The translations under genes were made by a program, and so were the position numbers. 64,000 nt of DNA. Origin: Minisyncoccia bacterium (lineage in GTDB: Bacteria; Patescibacteriota; Minisyncoccia; Phycocordibacterales; PALSA-1337). The stretch is from assembly GCA_044228445.1 (NCBI GenBank), contig JBGAUV010000002.1, forward strand, positions 140,600 through 204,599, written 5' to 3'. The notes below the pieces were generated by a model. It was given only the letters and a program-made list of their open reading frames with translations. It searched no databases and was not told the DNA's origin. Numbering within the stretch: the first letter of the stretch is position 1; each line of letters begins with the position of its first letter. Positions 48,390-58,638 of the stretch are shown in pieces.

Positions 48390-48995
48390 TTAACGACTAT
48401 AAAAACCTATAACAGTATCTGGATCGAATAGGAGTTCTGTCTTTGAGGCTGTAGGTATACCATCAACTGTAATAGTTTTTTTATCAAAATCAAGCTTTAA
48501 CCAAGCTGGTAGCTTAATTGTCTTTAATTTTTCGTCTAGATTTGCGAATAGAGCTTTCTTTTTACTTCCTTCTCTTATTCCTATAACATCACCAATTTTT
48601 ACTTGGTATGAAGGAGTAGTTACTTTTACACCATTTACTGTTAGGTGACCATGAGAAGTCATTTGACGTGCAGCTTGGCGAGTATTTGCAAAACCAGATC
48701 TTAGAGCAATATTATCAATTCTACTTTCTAGAGTTCTAACTAGTATTTCACCAGAATTTCCCTTTTTAGCAATTGAATTTTTTACGTATTTTGCAAATTG
48801 TTTTGCTGTAACTCCGTAACTAAATCTTGCTCTCTGCTTTTCTTGCATTCCAAGTCCGTAGTCACTCTTTGCTTTTCCTCCTTCTGATCTCTTACCATTT
48901 TGTCCAGTACGAATAGCATATTTTTGAGTTTGAGTTTTCTCAAATACTGGTGCTCCTAGTCTTTTTGCAATTTTATATCTTGGTCCAATTATCAT
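48390..48995 (-). CDS. rpsD: 30S ribosomal protein S4
   Basis: SDYGLGMQEKQ, LESRIDN, ARQMTSHGH. Confidence 0.97.
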   Translation of the reverse strand: MIIGPRYKIAKRLGAPVFEKTQTQKYAIRTGQNGKRSEGGKAKSDYGLGMQEKQRARFSYGVTAKQFAKYVKNSIAKKGNSGEILVRTLESRIDNIALRSGFANTRQAARQMTSHGHLTVNGVKVTTPSYQVKIGDVIGIREGSKKKALFANLDEKLKTIKLPAWLKLDFDKKTITVDGIPTASKTELLFDPDTVIGFYSR

Positions 48996-49006
48996 AAATT
49001 TATATA

Positions 49007-49432
49007 TTATACTCTTCTTGGTTTCTTAGGCTTTGGTCCATTCATAGGAACTGGTGTAGCATCCTTTATTGTATTTATTATTACACCCTTTGAAATGAAT
49101 CCTCTAACCGCTGATTCACGTCCTGAACCAACTCCCTTTATTACAACATCAATCTCTTTTAATCCCATAGGTTCAGCTTTTGTAGCTAGAGTTTCTCCAA
49201 CCTTTGCAGCAGCAAATGGTGTACCCTTTTTTGCACCCTTAAATCCAAGTGCTCCACTTGATGACCAGATAATAGCATTACCAAGTTTATCAGTTAGTAA
49301 TACCTTGGTGTTATTGTATGTAGATTCAACATATAGAATACCTGAATCAAGTTTTCTTTTACCAGAAGAAGCTGGCTTTTTTGCCATTTCTTTCTTTGCT
49401 CCATCTTCATTTGTAATTTTTTTCTTTGCCAT
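49007..49432 (-). CDS. rpsK: 30S ribosomal protein S11
   Basis: STYNNT, GFKGAKKGTPFAA, GVGSGRE. Confidence 0.98.
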   Translation of the reverse strand: MAKKKITNEDGAKKEMAKKPASSGKRKLDSGILYVESTYNNTKVLLTDKLGNAIIWSSSGALGFKGAKKGTPFAAAKVGETLATKAEPMGLKEIDVVIKGVGSGRESAVRGFISKGVIINTIKDATPVPMNGPKPKKPRRV

Positions 49433-49444
49433 ATTATAAAATTA

Positions 49445-49825
49445 TTACTTCTTCTCTTCTTTCTTTCTTCCTGAACCCATGGTCTTTCTAACATTTCCGC
49501 GAACTGTTCTGCTATTTGTCTTTGTTCTTTGTCCACGCGCAGGAAGTCTTCTAGCATGTCTACTTCCTCTATATGCTTTTATATCCTTTAGTCTTTTTAT
49601 GTTTTGAGCTACTTCACGCTTTAGGTCTCCTTCAATTCTAAAGCTTTCAACTATTTTTCTTATTTCATTTTCTTGCTCAACAGTTAAGTCTTTAGACTTT
49701 AGTGAAGCATTAACCTTTGCCTTTTTTAATATATGTAGAGCTCTTGGTCTACCTATACCATAAAGTGTTGTTAGAGCAATCTCTAGTCTTTTGTTTTCTG
49801 GAATTGTTATACCTAGTATACGCAT
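49445..49825 (-). CDS. rpsM: 30S ribosomal protein S13
   Basis: ALTTLYGIG, YRGSRH, RGQRTKTNSRT. Confidence 0.98.
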   Translation of the reverse strand: MRILGITIPENKRLEIALTTLYGIGRPRALHILKKAKVNASLKSKDLTVEQENEIRKIVESFRIEGDLKREVAQNIKRLKDIKAYRGSRHARRLPARGQRTKTNSRTVRGNVRKTMGSGRKKEEKK

Positions 49826-49834
49826 AAATTTTAT

Positions 49835-49951
49835 TTATCCTTGGCGCTGTTTATGGCGAGGATTTGACTTACAGATAACATAAACATATCCCTTACGTCT
49901 TACAACGCTGCATTTTGGACATATTTTTTTTACTGAAGCTTTTACTTTCAT
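49835..49951 (-). CDS. rpmJ: 50S ribosomal protein L36 (Zn-binding form; missing from the ORF track)
   Basis: Manual translation: [38 protein letters not shown]. Confidence 0.97.
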   Translation of the reverse strand: MKVKASVKKICPKCSVVRRKGYVYVICKSNPRHKQRQG

Positions 49952-49958
49952 TTTTTAT

Positions 49959-50198
49959 TTAAAGTCTTTTGGTAATTCTTGCTCTTCCTCCGTATGGATC
50001 GAGTATCATTTCTACTCTATCACCTATGAGAACCTTTATTCTGTGCATTCTCATTTTTCCTGCCAAATAGGCCATGATAATTTCTTCTCTATCATCTAAT
50101 TTAACTCTAAAAAGAGTATTAGGAAGAGCCTCAGTTATTGTACCTTTAGCTGAATTTAATTCAGTATTTTTTGGCTTATCTGTGCTGTTTTTATCCAT
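49959..50198 (-). CDS. infA: translation initiation factor IF-1
   Basis: EALPNTLFRV, AYLAGKMR, GDRV. Confidence 0.97.
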   Translation of the reverse strand: MDKNSTDKPKNTELNSAKGTITEALPNTLFRVKLDDREEIIMAYLAGKMRMHRIKVLIGDRVEMILDPYGGRARITKRL

Positions 50199-50309
50199 TA
50201 AAATTGAACAGTTTCTTATATTATCAGAAAGGTGTATAAAAAGTCAACAGGTAAATCAATTCCCAGTTTGCCTTTTGCGATTGGGTCTTACTTATCGGCT
50301 ATACAACCT

Positions 50310-51755
50310 TTAATCTGATTTAATGTTAAGTATAATCTTTTCTTTTGAATTTGGGAAGGACCTCATCCAAAATGGTGTTATAAGTGCATAAGCACTACTT
50401 ATAGATGGGTACTTCGCAAATATACTATTACTTTCTTTTAATTTCTTTCCTAATAACTCTGTTTTCAGACTATCTTCTGAAAATGTACCTGTCATGCTAA
50501 GTTTTCCATCAACATTTAATATTAAAGTATTTTCTTTTTTTGGTGAAAAGTCTTTTATATTATCTATTGATACATTTAAGTCTTTAATACCCTTTATCGT
50601 ATAGCTATTTGATGGGAATCTTTCAACTTGTTCTTGAGCAATATATTTAAACATTTGATCTGCATCAAATACTACGGCTCTTATAACACCTTGAACATTT
50701 ATTTGTGTTTCAACAGTCTTATTTGCAGCACTTGTATCAGTTTTTTGTGATTGTACAGGTAGCACTACGTATTCAATTGAACTTAATTTTGGATAAAGTA
50801 TATCTTCACTTGATATACTTTCTTTTATTTTTTCTTCAAGTACTGCTTTTAAACTCGCTTTTAAGCTTTCAACTGCTTCTTTCTCATCTTTTGGTAAGAC
50901 TGTAAGTTTATTTCCAGAGTAACCACCACTAAAATCAGCTTTTGTCTTTGCATATATAGTATCGTATTTAGCACTACCCTTATACGCAATAACTTTCAAT
51001 ACTTCACCTATAGAATTTGTTTTATTGAATTCCGAACCTGGTTTATCAGCAATAACACTTACAGAAATAGAGCCTGGATTCTTTTTATCAGATAAATTCT
51101 TCATTCCTGGAATTATTACAGTACTAGTAGTTCTATAAACTAAGTTATTGGAATCAGATAATCTAGTTCCAGCAAGGAGCTTTTGTGGTGTTGTACTATT
51201 ATAGTTATATAGCGCTACTAAACCCTTAGATTTTGTTTGTATAAGTGGCCCTTTAACAGCATTTACTGTCTTTGTTTGCGTGCTTGTAGCAGTAATTATA
51301 TTGTATTGTAGTTCTTTCAATGAAACATTCTTTTTTGATGTTACCTTTTGATTAACCTGAAAATTGGCAGTTTTTGGTGTAATTGTTACAACTGCTTTTG
51401 AATACAGTAATGATAATGCAATAGCTATGACCCCAACACTGACAAAAATAACTAAAAAAGTAGCAATTGTATTTGAAATTAATTTTCTACCAGAGCCTTT
51501 TTTATTAGTATTTAATACACTATTAGCTACAGGTCTGTCTTTTGTTTTATTTACTCTTGGTGAAGGTCTTTCACTATCTTCTTTCAGTTCTCTTCTTCTA
51601 ATTAGTCTCTTTACTACTTCTTCATGCTCAATTCTACCGCTTTCTTCTTCATCTCTATCGGCCATGGATATATTTCTAATAGTCCTCTTTTCATTTGGAA
51701 ATATATCTCTAACTACTTTCTTGGAGTTATTTTTTTCTATTTTTCTATCTGCCAT
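50310..51755 (-). CDS. single-TM hypothetical protein (CPR-type, baseplate-J-like extracellular region)
   Basis: Charged N-terminus, one TM, LYN...QKLLAGTRL, ADKPGSEFN, FSGG, PFWMRSFP. Confidence 0.7.
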   Translation of the reverse strand: MADRKIEKNNSKKVVRDIFPNEKRTIRNISMADRDEEESGRIEHEEVVKRLIRRRELKEDSERPSPRVNKTKDRPVANSVLNTNKKGSGRKLISNTIATFLVIFVSVGVIAIALSLLYSKAVVTITPKTANFQVNQKVTSKKNVSLKELQYNIITATSTQTKTVNAVKGPLIQTKSKGLVALYNYNSTTPQKLLAGTRLSDSNNLVYRTTSTVIIPGMKNLSDKKNPGSISVSVIADKPGSEFNKTNSIGEVLKVIAYKGSAKYDTIYAKTKADFSGGYSGNKLTVLPKDEKEAVESLKASLKAVLEEKIKESISSEDILYPKLSSIEYVVLPVQSQKTDTSAANKTVETQINVQGVIRAVVFDADQMFKYIAQEQVERFPSNSYTIKGIKDLNVSIDNIKDFSPKKENTLILNVDGKLSMTGTFSEDSLKTELLGKKLKESNSIFAKYPSISSAYALITPFWMRSFPNSKEKIILNIKSD

Positions 51756-51783
51756 ATTTATTATATTCTAACATAAATAAAAA

Positions 51784-52971
51784 TTATTTTTTATCTTTAT
51801 TCACATCCTTAATTGCTCTAACGTACATACCCATTAACCAACTACGTTCTTCAGGCTTTTCAAAGCTAACAGCTTCATCAACTAGTGAATCATCAAAATG
51901 TACTACTTCAAATCCAACTTCTTTTATAGCTTTTTCAAATATCTTAAAATGTTCATGTATAGAAAGATATATGATATGTGGAATACTTACACCTTCTCTT
52001 GAGTTTAAAGTATTATTCAAATCCCTTTTCCAACCCTCCATAACATCACCAAGTATTTCTTCAAAATTAGTTTTCTGTTTATTTTCAAGTTTATCATCTT
52101 CATATAGTGTTAACATAGATTTAACATTTTCTGGGCTTATTCTCATTAATTTCGATATTTTTCTTACCAATGTATATGCACCGAATGGAAATGAAGCTAA
52201 AAATACACCAGAGCCTTTATTTACTATAACTATATCTGTAAGTTCTCCATGAACATGTAGTGAGGTATACTCATCTCTATTTGGAGATAGGCTTCTTAAT
52301 GCTAAATAGTGGAGTAGAAGTGAACCATGCAAATATTCCTTCTTTACATGAAATACCTTATCGACTTCATTTTTAATTTTATTTAAAATATTTTGTGATG
52401 CCAATGTAATTGCAAAAGATACTTCTAAAACACTTGTTTTTTTACCTGAATAATTATTTACAGAATATCCATTTAGTCTTATATCAAATATTTTTTGCTC
52501 AAAAAGTACTATATCAAGATTAGTAGACTTTTCTTTTTCTAAGTCTAAAATAAATTCATTCATCAATAATCTACTTTCATTCGTTATGATTTCCTCTATT
52601 GTCTTTTCATTAATACTTACCTCTTTTTTATAATCAGCGCGAATTTTTTGTGCATGAGAAACTGCCCATGGTGAAGATAGTGCATAATATATATCATGAA
52701 TATTATTATCATTATATCCAATCGTTTTTGCTCTTGCTAAACCGTTTTTTTGAACAGTTGATAATACATCATTCAATGTCTTAAGCATTACCTTTGTCAT
52801 ATATGGACCACCGTTACTTTGTCCTCTATCAAGTGAAATATGTTTTGTATAGTTATATATAATATGAGGTTTAGTGCCTTTATCAAATACAACGAGCGAT
52901 CCTCTTATAAGACCACTTTGAATATCAAGTACCAATGATAAAGTGTTTTCCTTTTTATTTAAGAAAGACAT
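51784..52971 (-). CDS. FtsA/PilM-like actin-fold protein
   Basis: LVLDIQSG, RLNGY, HVHGELTDI, SFPFG. Confidence 0.65.
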   Translation of the reverse strand: MSFLNKKENTLSLVLDIQSGLIRGSLVVFDKGTKPHIIYNYTKHISLDRGQSNGGPYMTKVMLKTLNDVLSTVQKNGLARAKTIGYNDNNIHDIYYALSSPWAVSHAQKIRADYKKEVSINEKTIEEIITNESRLLMNEFILDLEKEKSTNLDIVLFEQKIFDIRLNGYSVNNYSGKKTSVLEVSFAITLASQNILNKIKNEVDKVFHVKKEYLHGSLLLHYLALRSLSPNRDEYTSLHVHGELTDIVIVNKGSGVFLASFPFGAYTLVRKISKLMRISPENVKSMLTLYEDDKLENKQKTNFEEILGDVMEGWKRDLNNTLNSREGVSIPHIIYLSIHEHFKIFEKAIKEVGFEVVHFDDSLVDEAVSFEKPEERSWLMGMYVRAIKDVNKDKK

Positions 52972-53034
52972 AAATAATTTAAATAAATTATATCATATAT
53001 AAAATGATTTAAACTATGATGTTTGTTAACACTA

Positions 53035-54831
53035 TTATTGCAAAACTGCCTTTATTCTTCTTACTCCTTGAGCCACAGCCTCTTCTTTTTGAATTTTGAA
53101 CACTAGATTACCATTTTCACCCTTTAATTCTTTTGTATTTTTAACATGAGGACCTCCACAGAATTCTTTTGAATAAGCAGAATCAATATCATTACCTATA
53201 AAGTAAATGCTTACTTCATCACTGTATTTTTCTCCAAAAAAATGTTTTGCTCCAGTCTTTTCAGCGTCTTCTTTTTTCATAACTACCATGTTTACAGGCA
53301 AACTCTCATTCATTTTTTGATTTACTATATCTTCTACTTTCTTTTTTTGTTCATCAGTCATTTTTCCAGTGTAAGAGAAATCAAATCTAAGTCTCTCTGG
53401 AGTAATGTTTGACCCTTTTTGCATAATACCTTGTCCTAAAACATCATGTAAAGCTTGGTGTAGTAAATGTGTAGCAGTATGATAACGAAGTGAATTATCA
53501 CTAGTATCTCCTAGTCCTCCTTTAAACTTCTTTTCTGCTCCGGAACGAGAGAGTTCTTGGTGTTTTTTGAATTCTTCATCAAAACTAGCTATATCAATTT
53601 TTATTCCTTTTACTTTAGCTAGTTCAAGAGTTAGATCAATTGGAAAACCGTAACTACTAAATAATGTAAATGCTTGTTGGCCACTTATATCATTTTTACT
53701 AATTTTCTCAAATTCTTTCATTCCATTCTCAATAGTCTTTCCGAACTTCTCACATTCTTTGTATATAACATCAATAATATTATCTCTTTGTGACATTATA
53801 TTTGTATATACACCTGCATATTTACGACAAACTATATCTACAAATTTTTCAATACTAGCTCTATCTAGTTTTCTATTAATAGTATTGAAAACTGCTCTAC
53901 GAATAAGTCTTCTTAATATATATCCTTGATCTGTATTTCCAGGTAAAACGCCATCTGAAATAAGGAAAATTGAGGAACGAATATGATCAGATAGAATTCT
54001 TCTGCTTTTTATATTGTCAGTAATACTTCCTGCCAGTTCCATTATTTCTGAAAATAAATCAGTATCATAAACATTAGTCTTATTTTGCAAAACGGTAGTT
54101 ATTCTTTCAAAGCCTGCTCCTGTATCAACATTCTTCTTTGCCAATTTTGAAATGATTTTTCCATCTTTCTTTTCAAATTCCATAAAAACATCATTCCAAA
54201 TCTCAACTATTTTCTGTTCATCATCAGCTTTATTGTATTGTTCTAGTGTCATATCACCTAAACCTTGTTCGGTAAGATCATAAAACATTTCACTACAAGG
54301 GCCAGTAGGACCTGTCCAAGTATCCTTACCCTTTACTGCTGGCCACCAGTTTGCACTTGCATCCTTAAAATATATTCTATTTTCTGGCATTCCTGCCTCC
54401 ATCCAAATCTTTTTTGCTTGTTCATCAGCAGGACTATTTTCATCTCCTTTAAATACTGTTACATAAAGTCTTTTTGGATCTAGACCAAAACCATATTGTT
54501 TTGAAGTTAATAATTCATAACTCCACTTTATGGCCTCTTCTTTGAAATAACTACCTAAAGACCAATTACCCATCATTTCAAAGAAAGTAAGGTGAGTATT
54601 ATCCCCTACGTCCTCTATATCAGTAGTTCTTACACACTTTTGTATATTTGCTAGTTTATCACCATTTGGGTGTGTTTTACCCATTAAATACGGCACTAAA
54701 GGTTGCATACCAGCAGTGTTAAATAGAACACTAGGATCATTTTCTGGAACTAGTGGTGAACTTGGTAGTATATAGTGTCCTCTTTCTTTAAAAAAGGATA
54801 TGAATCTGTTACGAATTTCTTCTGATTTCAT
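53035..54831 (-). CDS. alaS: alanine--tRNA ligase (short form)
   Basis: LFNTAGMQP, HLTFFEMMGNWS, EIWNDVF, HTATHLL, EFCGGPHV, GVRRIKA. Confidence 0.97.
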   Translation of the reverse strand: MKSEEIRNRFISFFKERGHYILPSSPLVPENDPSVLFNTAGMQPLVPYLMGKTHPNGDKLANIQKCVRTTDIEDVGDNTHLTFFEMMGNWSLGSYFKEEAIKWSYELLTSKQYGFGLDPKRLYVTVFKGDENSPADEQAKKIWMEAGMPENRIYFKDASANWWPAVKGKDTWTGPTGPCSEMFYDLTEQGLGDMTLEQYNKADDEQKIVEIWNDVFMEFEKKDGKIISKLAKKNVDTGAGFERITTVLQNKTNVYDTDLFSEIMELAGSITDNIKSRRILSDHIRSSIFLISDGVLPGNTDQGYILRRLIRRAVFNTINRKLDRASIEKFVDIVCRKYAGVYTNIMSQRDNIIDVIYKECEKFGKTIENGMKEFEKISKNDISGQQAFTLFSSYGFPIDLTLELAKVKGIKIDIASFDEEFKKHQELSRSGAEKKFKGGLGDTSDNSLRYHTATHLLHQALHDVLGQGIMQKGSNITPERLRFDFSYTGKMTDEQKKKVEDIVNQKMNESLPVNMVVMKKEDAEKTGAKHFFGEKYSDEVSIYFIGNDIDSAYSKEFCGGPHVKNTKELKGENGNLVFKIQKEEAVAQGVRRIKAVLQ

Positions 54832-54866
54832 ATTGAAATGAGTTTATCATAAAAACACTGTTCTCT

Positions 54867-56665
54867 CTACTTTTTTATTTTCTTCTTATTTGCCTCATTA
54901 ACCAGTCTTTCGAATTCATTTATATCACTTTCAATAGACTCTATACCTTTTTCAAATATATTATCCTTAATAATATCTATTCCTACAGATTTCAATATAT
55001 TTTCAGGTGTATCATTTCCTCCAGCAGAAAGAATTTTTTCTATCTTTTCCTTAAATGTTTTATCTTTATAATATTGACTTAATAAATATTTTGAAAGCAA
55101 ACCACCATAAGCATATGTATATACATAAAAGAAATATCTTAAATGATTCCATCCTACGAAAGAATACCCGTCCTTTTGTTCAAATTTAAATACTGGACCA
55201 AGATAATTTGACATATTTTTATTATGTAAATTAGCTATTTGTTCTTTTGATAAATATCCTTTTTCTTTTATTTCTTTATGAAGGTCCTTTTCATAGTTAT
55301 AACAAGCAATTTGTCTAAATACTGTAGAAATATCATTAGATATTTTATCGTGTAAAGCTGTAATTCTATCCTTTTTAGGTAATTGATTTATTGTGTGATT
55401 AATTGCTAAATTTTCAAAAAATGTACTTGCAGTCTCAGCGATTGAAGTAGAATAATCCATATCAAATATAGTATTATTTCTACATAATTCACTATGGAAA
55501 GCATGTCCCATTTCATGAGCAATTGTTCCAAATGATTTAAAACTATCTGTATGATTTAATAAAACGTAAGTAGGATTGGTATATGTTGATGAACAAAATG
55601 CTCCACCTTTTTTACCAATTTTTGGATATACATCTATTTGACCGTTTTTAATAAAGTTATCAAAAATATCAGAATACTTTTTATCAAATTCTCCAAATAT
55701 ATCCTTTAATATTTTTACACTATGTTCAAAAGTAAATTTTTGATTTATTTTACCTATTTTTTCATGTCTATCAGAATAAGATAATGTTTTTTGTTTCATT
55801 ATCTTTACTTTTATTTTATAAAATCTATTTGAAATTTTAAAACCTCTTGTAACTATATTTACAAGATTATCTACTACCTGTTTATCATTTCGATAATTTT
55901 TAATTGTGATTTCGTCTGGAGATTTTGCTCCTCTTAAATCATCGTCTATCTTTTTATTTTTAATTACAGCATTTATTTCAGCTTCAGAAAATACGGATAT
56001 TTCTTGTAACTTATCAGTTATTTTACTATATAAATCATCTCTCTCTCTTTCTTTTTTAGATCCTGAATCTTACCCAATGCTTCATTTATCGGTAATATCT
56101 TTCCTTTATATTTAACTGATAGTGAATTTAGTATTTTTGAATTCGTACTTGTCCATAGACCATGAGATACATTATATTTTAGACTCAATATTTGTTCTTC
56201 TTTATCGCTTAAGTAATACTTTGAATCAATAAAAATACATTTTAAAAGAAAATGAAATTTCTTTAATTTATCATTATTCAAAATTTCTTCTTGTCTCTCA
56301 GGTTTTATACTACCTAAAGAAAGCTTAAAGAATAGTATTTTATTTTCAGCTTTTGTTAAAATATCATTAAATTGATTCTTGAGTTGAATTACCTTTTTAT
56401 CACTAGAATTAAGAACTTCTCTATAGTAAAGATATAGTAAAGGATTTTTATCCGAAATAATTGTTATCTTTTCAAAATCATTTAAAGCTTCAAGTAGTTT
56501 ATTATCATCAATTAAATATTGTTTATCCTTATTATCATATTTTAAAGCAAAATCCTCATAGGCTTTTACTATATTTTCTATTGAAGTCCTTATATTATTA
56601 TCGTCTAGAGATTTATATAGTGGATTCAAATTCCACTCATATTTTTTATTCTTTTTATCTTTCAT
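54867..56665 (-). pseudogene. pepF: M3B oligoendopeptidase F, split by a frameshift at ~56040-56057
   Basis: N-terminal WNLNPLY; C-terminal KKGGAF, HEMGH, AETASTF, FYVYTYAYG; the -1 frame stays open from the break to the 54867 stop. Confidence 0.8.
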
Positions 56666-56677
56666 AGTCTATTTATA

Positions 56678-57517
56678 CTATACCCCCATTACTTCAGCAA
56701 TCTCTTTCTCTACACTAGCAATTTCTTGAGCTGTCATACCTATTTCATGCAAATAGTTTTTATGTTCAAGAATTTCTTTACATAGTACTATGCCTTTTGA
56801 AAGCAAAGTTTTTTTATGAGTATTTGAAAGTGAAGCCAAGCATGTAGAAGGATGAAGTCTTAATTGTTCTATTATATCTTGAAGATTTCCTTTGGCAGGA
56901 TAATTCCAACCAATTAACTTTATACCATTACATTCACTATATCGTATTGCTTGATCAGTAAACTTTGTATTTGTAATTATATATCCTTGTTTTAAACGAA
57001 GCTTTTTACCACCATATTCAAATGTATTTTCTTTCAAATCATCAAAGCGAGCTTTTACATAAAGAGCCACCTTTAAATCTGATTTTAAACCAAATTCATT
57101 GTGGAATTTTGCTTCTACCATAACCAAGTCTTCACCTTTCCAAGCAACAACATCCATTTCATGAGGTACACAACCACCAAAGACAGTTTGATCTGTAAGA
57201 GTTTGGTATCCCCAAGCATTAAATATCTTTGAAATATATTTTTCAAAAGGAAAACCATCTGGACCTAATTCTGATAAAGCTCTTCTAAGAGAATACTTTA
57301 TAGCAATAGGCATTGAGTATTGTCTAAGTAGTTTGAAAGCATGAGAATAAATATGGCCTGTCGTCATTCCATCTTTTATCTCTTTACCTATATGCTCTAT
57401 TATCTTATCTATTATCTCTTCATTACCACCTGCATTTAAAAGAGAATCTACAAGCTTTTGCTCTTCGAATAATTCTCTTGTTCCATCTGCTTTTGTAACG
57501 GTTATAAGGTGATTCAT
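56678..57517 (-). CDS. ATP-cone domain / Mrr-like restriction endonuclease-fold protein
   Basis: VTKADGTRELF ATP cone; GPDGFPFE; HEMDV...VEAKFH PD-(D/E)xK motif. Confidence 0.85.
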   Translation of the reverse strand: MNHLITVTKADGTRELFEEQKLVDSLLNAGGNEEIIDKIIEHIGKEIKDGMTTGHIYSHAFKLLRQYSMPIAIKYSLRRALSELGPDGFPFEKYISKIFNAWGYQTLTDQTVFGGCVPHEMDVVAWKGEDLVMVEAKFHNEFGLKSDLKVALYVKARFDDLKENTFEYGGKKLRLKQGYIITNTKFTDQAIRYSECNGIKLIGWNYPAKGNLQDIIEQLRLHPSTCLASLSNTHKKTLLSKGIVLCKEILEHKNYLHEIGMTAQEIASVEKEIAEVMGV

Positions 57518-57546
57518 AATAAAGATATTATATCACCATAAATAAT

Positions 57547-58638
57547 CTACGCTATACTTCCCCCACCCAAACACAACTCTCCATCATAAATAACTAGTGA
57601 TTGTCCACTTGATATAGTGTATTGCTCATTTTTAAATTCAACTTCATTTTCACTTATAACTTTTATATCCTGCAATTCTTCTCTATATCTAGATCTAGCT
57701 TTAAGCCAAGCATTCATAGGTACACTTCCTTGATTCCAGTTTACATTTTTTAACTTAATTCTTTTTATAGAACTTGGTAATTCACCTTTTTCATTTTTAT
57801 TTGCAACAGTAATTGTATTTTTATCTATATCTTTCGAAATAACATAATAAGGTGCATCATTTGGTGTTTTTTTAAATATTTCAAAGCCATGTCTTTCTCC
57901 AATGGTAAAAAAGAAAGCACCATTATGACTACCTACAATATTTCTCTTTTCATCTAGTACATCACCCTTTTTTTCTTGTATAAATCTAGCTAGAAAATCT
58001 TTTATATCAACTTTTCCTATAAAACAAAGTCCTTGGCTATCTTTTTTAATAGCATTCGGAAGGTTAAATTTCTTGGCCAATTCTCTTACTTGAGTCTTTT
58101 CTATATTTCCAACTGGAAATAATGTTTTATTTAAATGCTCTTTTTTTAAAGTATATAGAAAGTATGATTGATCTTTATTTTTATCTGTACCTGCATATAG
58201 TTTTCCATCCTTAATCTGTGCATAATGTCCAGTGGCTACAAAATCAGCACCGTTTTTAATTGCCCAATCAAAGAATCCACCAAATTTAACATATTGATTA
58301 CACATTACATCAGGATTTGGAGTTTTCCCTTTTTTATATTCGTCTATCATATAGTCTACAACCTCCTTTTTATATTCTTCTTCAAGATCAAGAGTTATAA
58401 AAGGTATATCAAGTAAGCTTGCTACTCTCATTGCATCTCTTCTGTCCTCCTTTGAGGTACAATTTATCCAACTTGGTTGCCAGACATTTATAAAAACACC
58501 CGTAACATCATAGCCTTGTTCTTTAAGTAAACAGGCAGAAACTGAGCTATCAACACCACCTGACATACCCAAAAATACCCTTTTTTTAGGGTTATTTTTA
58601 TGGTTCAACGTATTTTGTTCGGTTTTTAAGGTGTTCAT
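57547..58638 (-). CDS. mnmA: tRNA 2-thiouridine(34) synthase
   Basis: GMSGGVDSS, TPNPDVMCN, ATGHY, KDQSYFL, DSQGLCF; start uncertain (ATG 58638 or TTG 58608). Confidence 0.96.
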   Translation of the reverse strand: MNTLKTEQNTLNHKNNPKKRVFLGMSGGVDSSVSACLLKEQGYDVTGVFINVWQPSWINCTSKEDRRDAMRVASLLDIPFITLDLEEEYKKEVVDYMIDEYKKGKTPNPDVMCNQYVKFGGFFDWAIKNGADFVATGHYAQIKDGKLYAGTDKNKDQSYFLYTLKKEHLNKTLFPVGNIEKTQVRELAKKFNLPNAIKKDSQGLCFIGKVDIKDFLARFIQEKKGDVLDEKRNIVGSHNGAFFFTIGERHGFEIFKKTPNDAPYYVISKDIDKNTITVANKNEKGELPSSIKRIKLKNVNWNQGSVPMNAWLKARSRYREELQDIKVISENEVEFKNEQYTISSGQSLVIYDGELCLGGGSIA

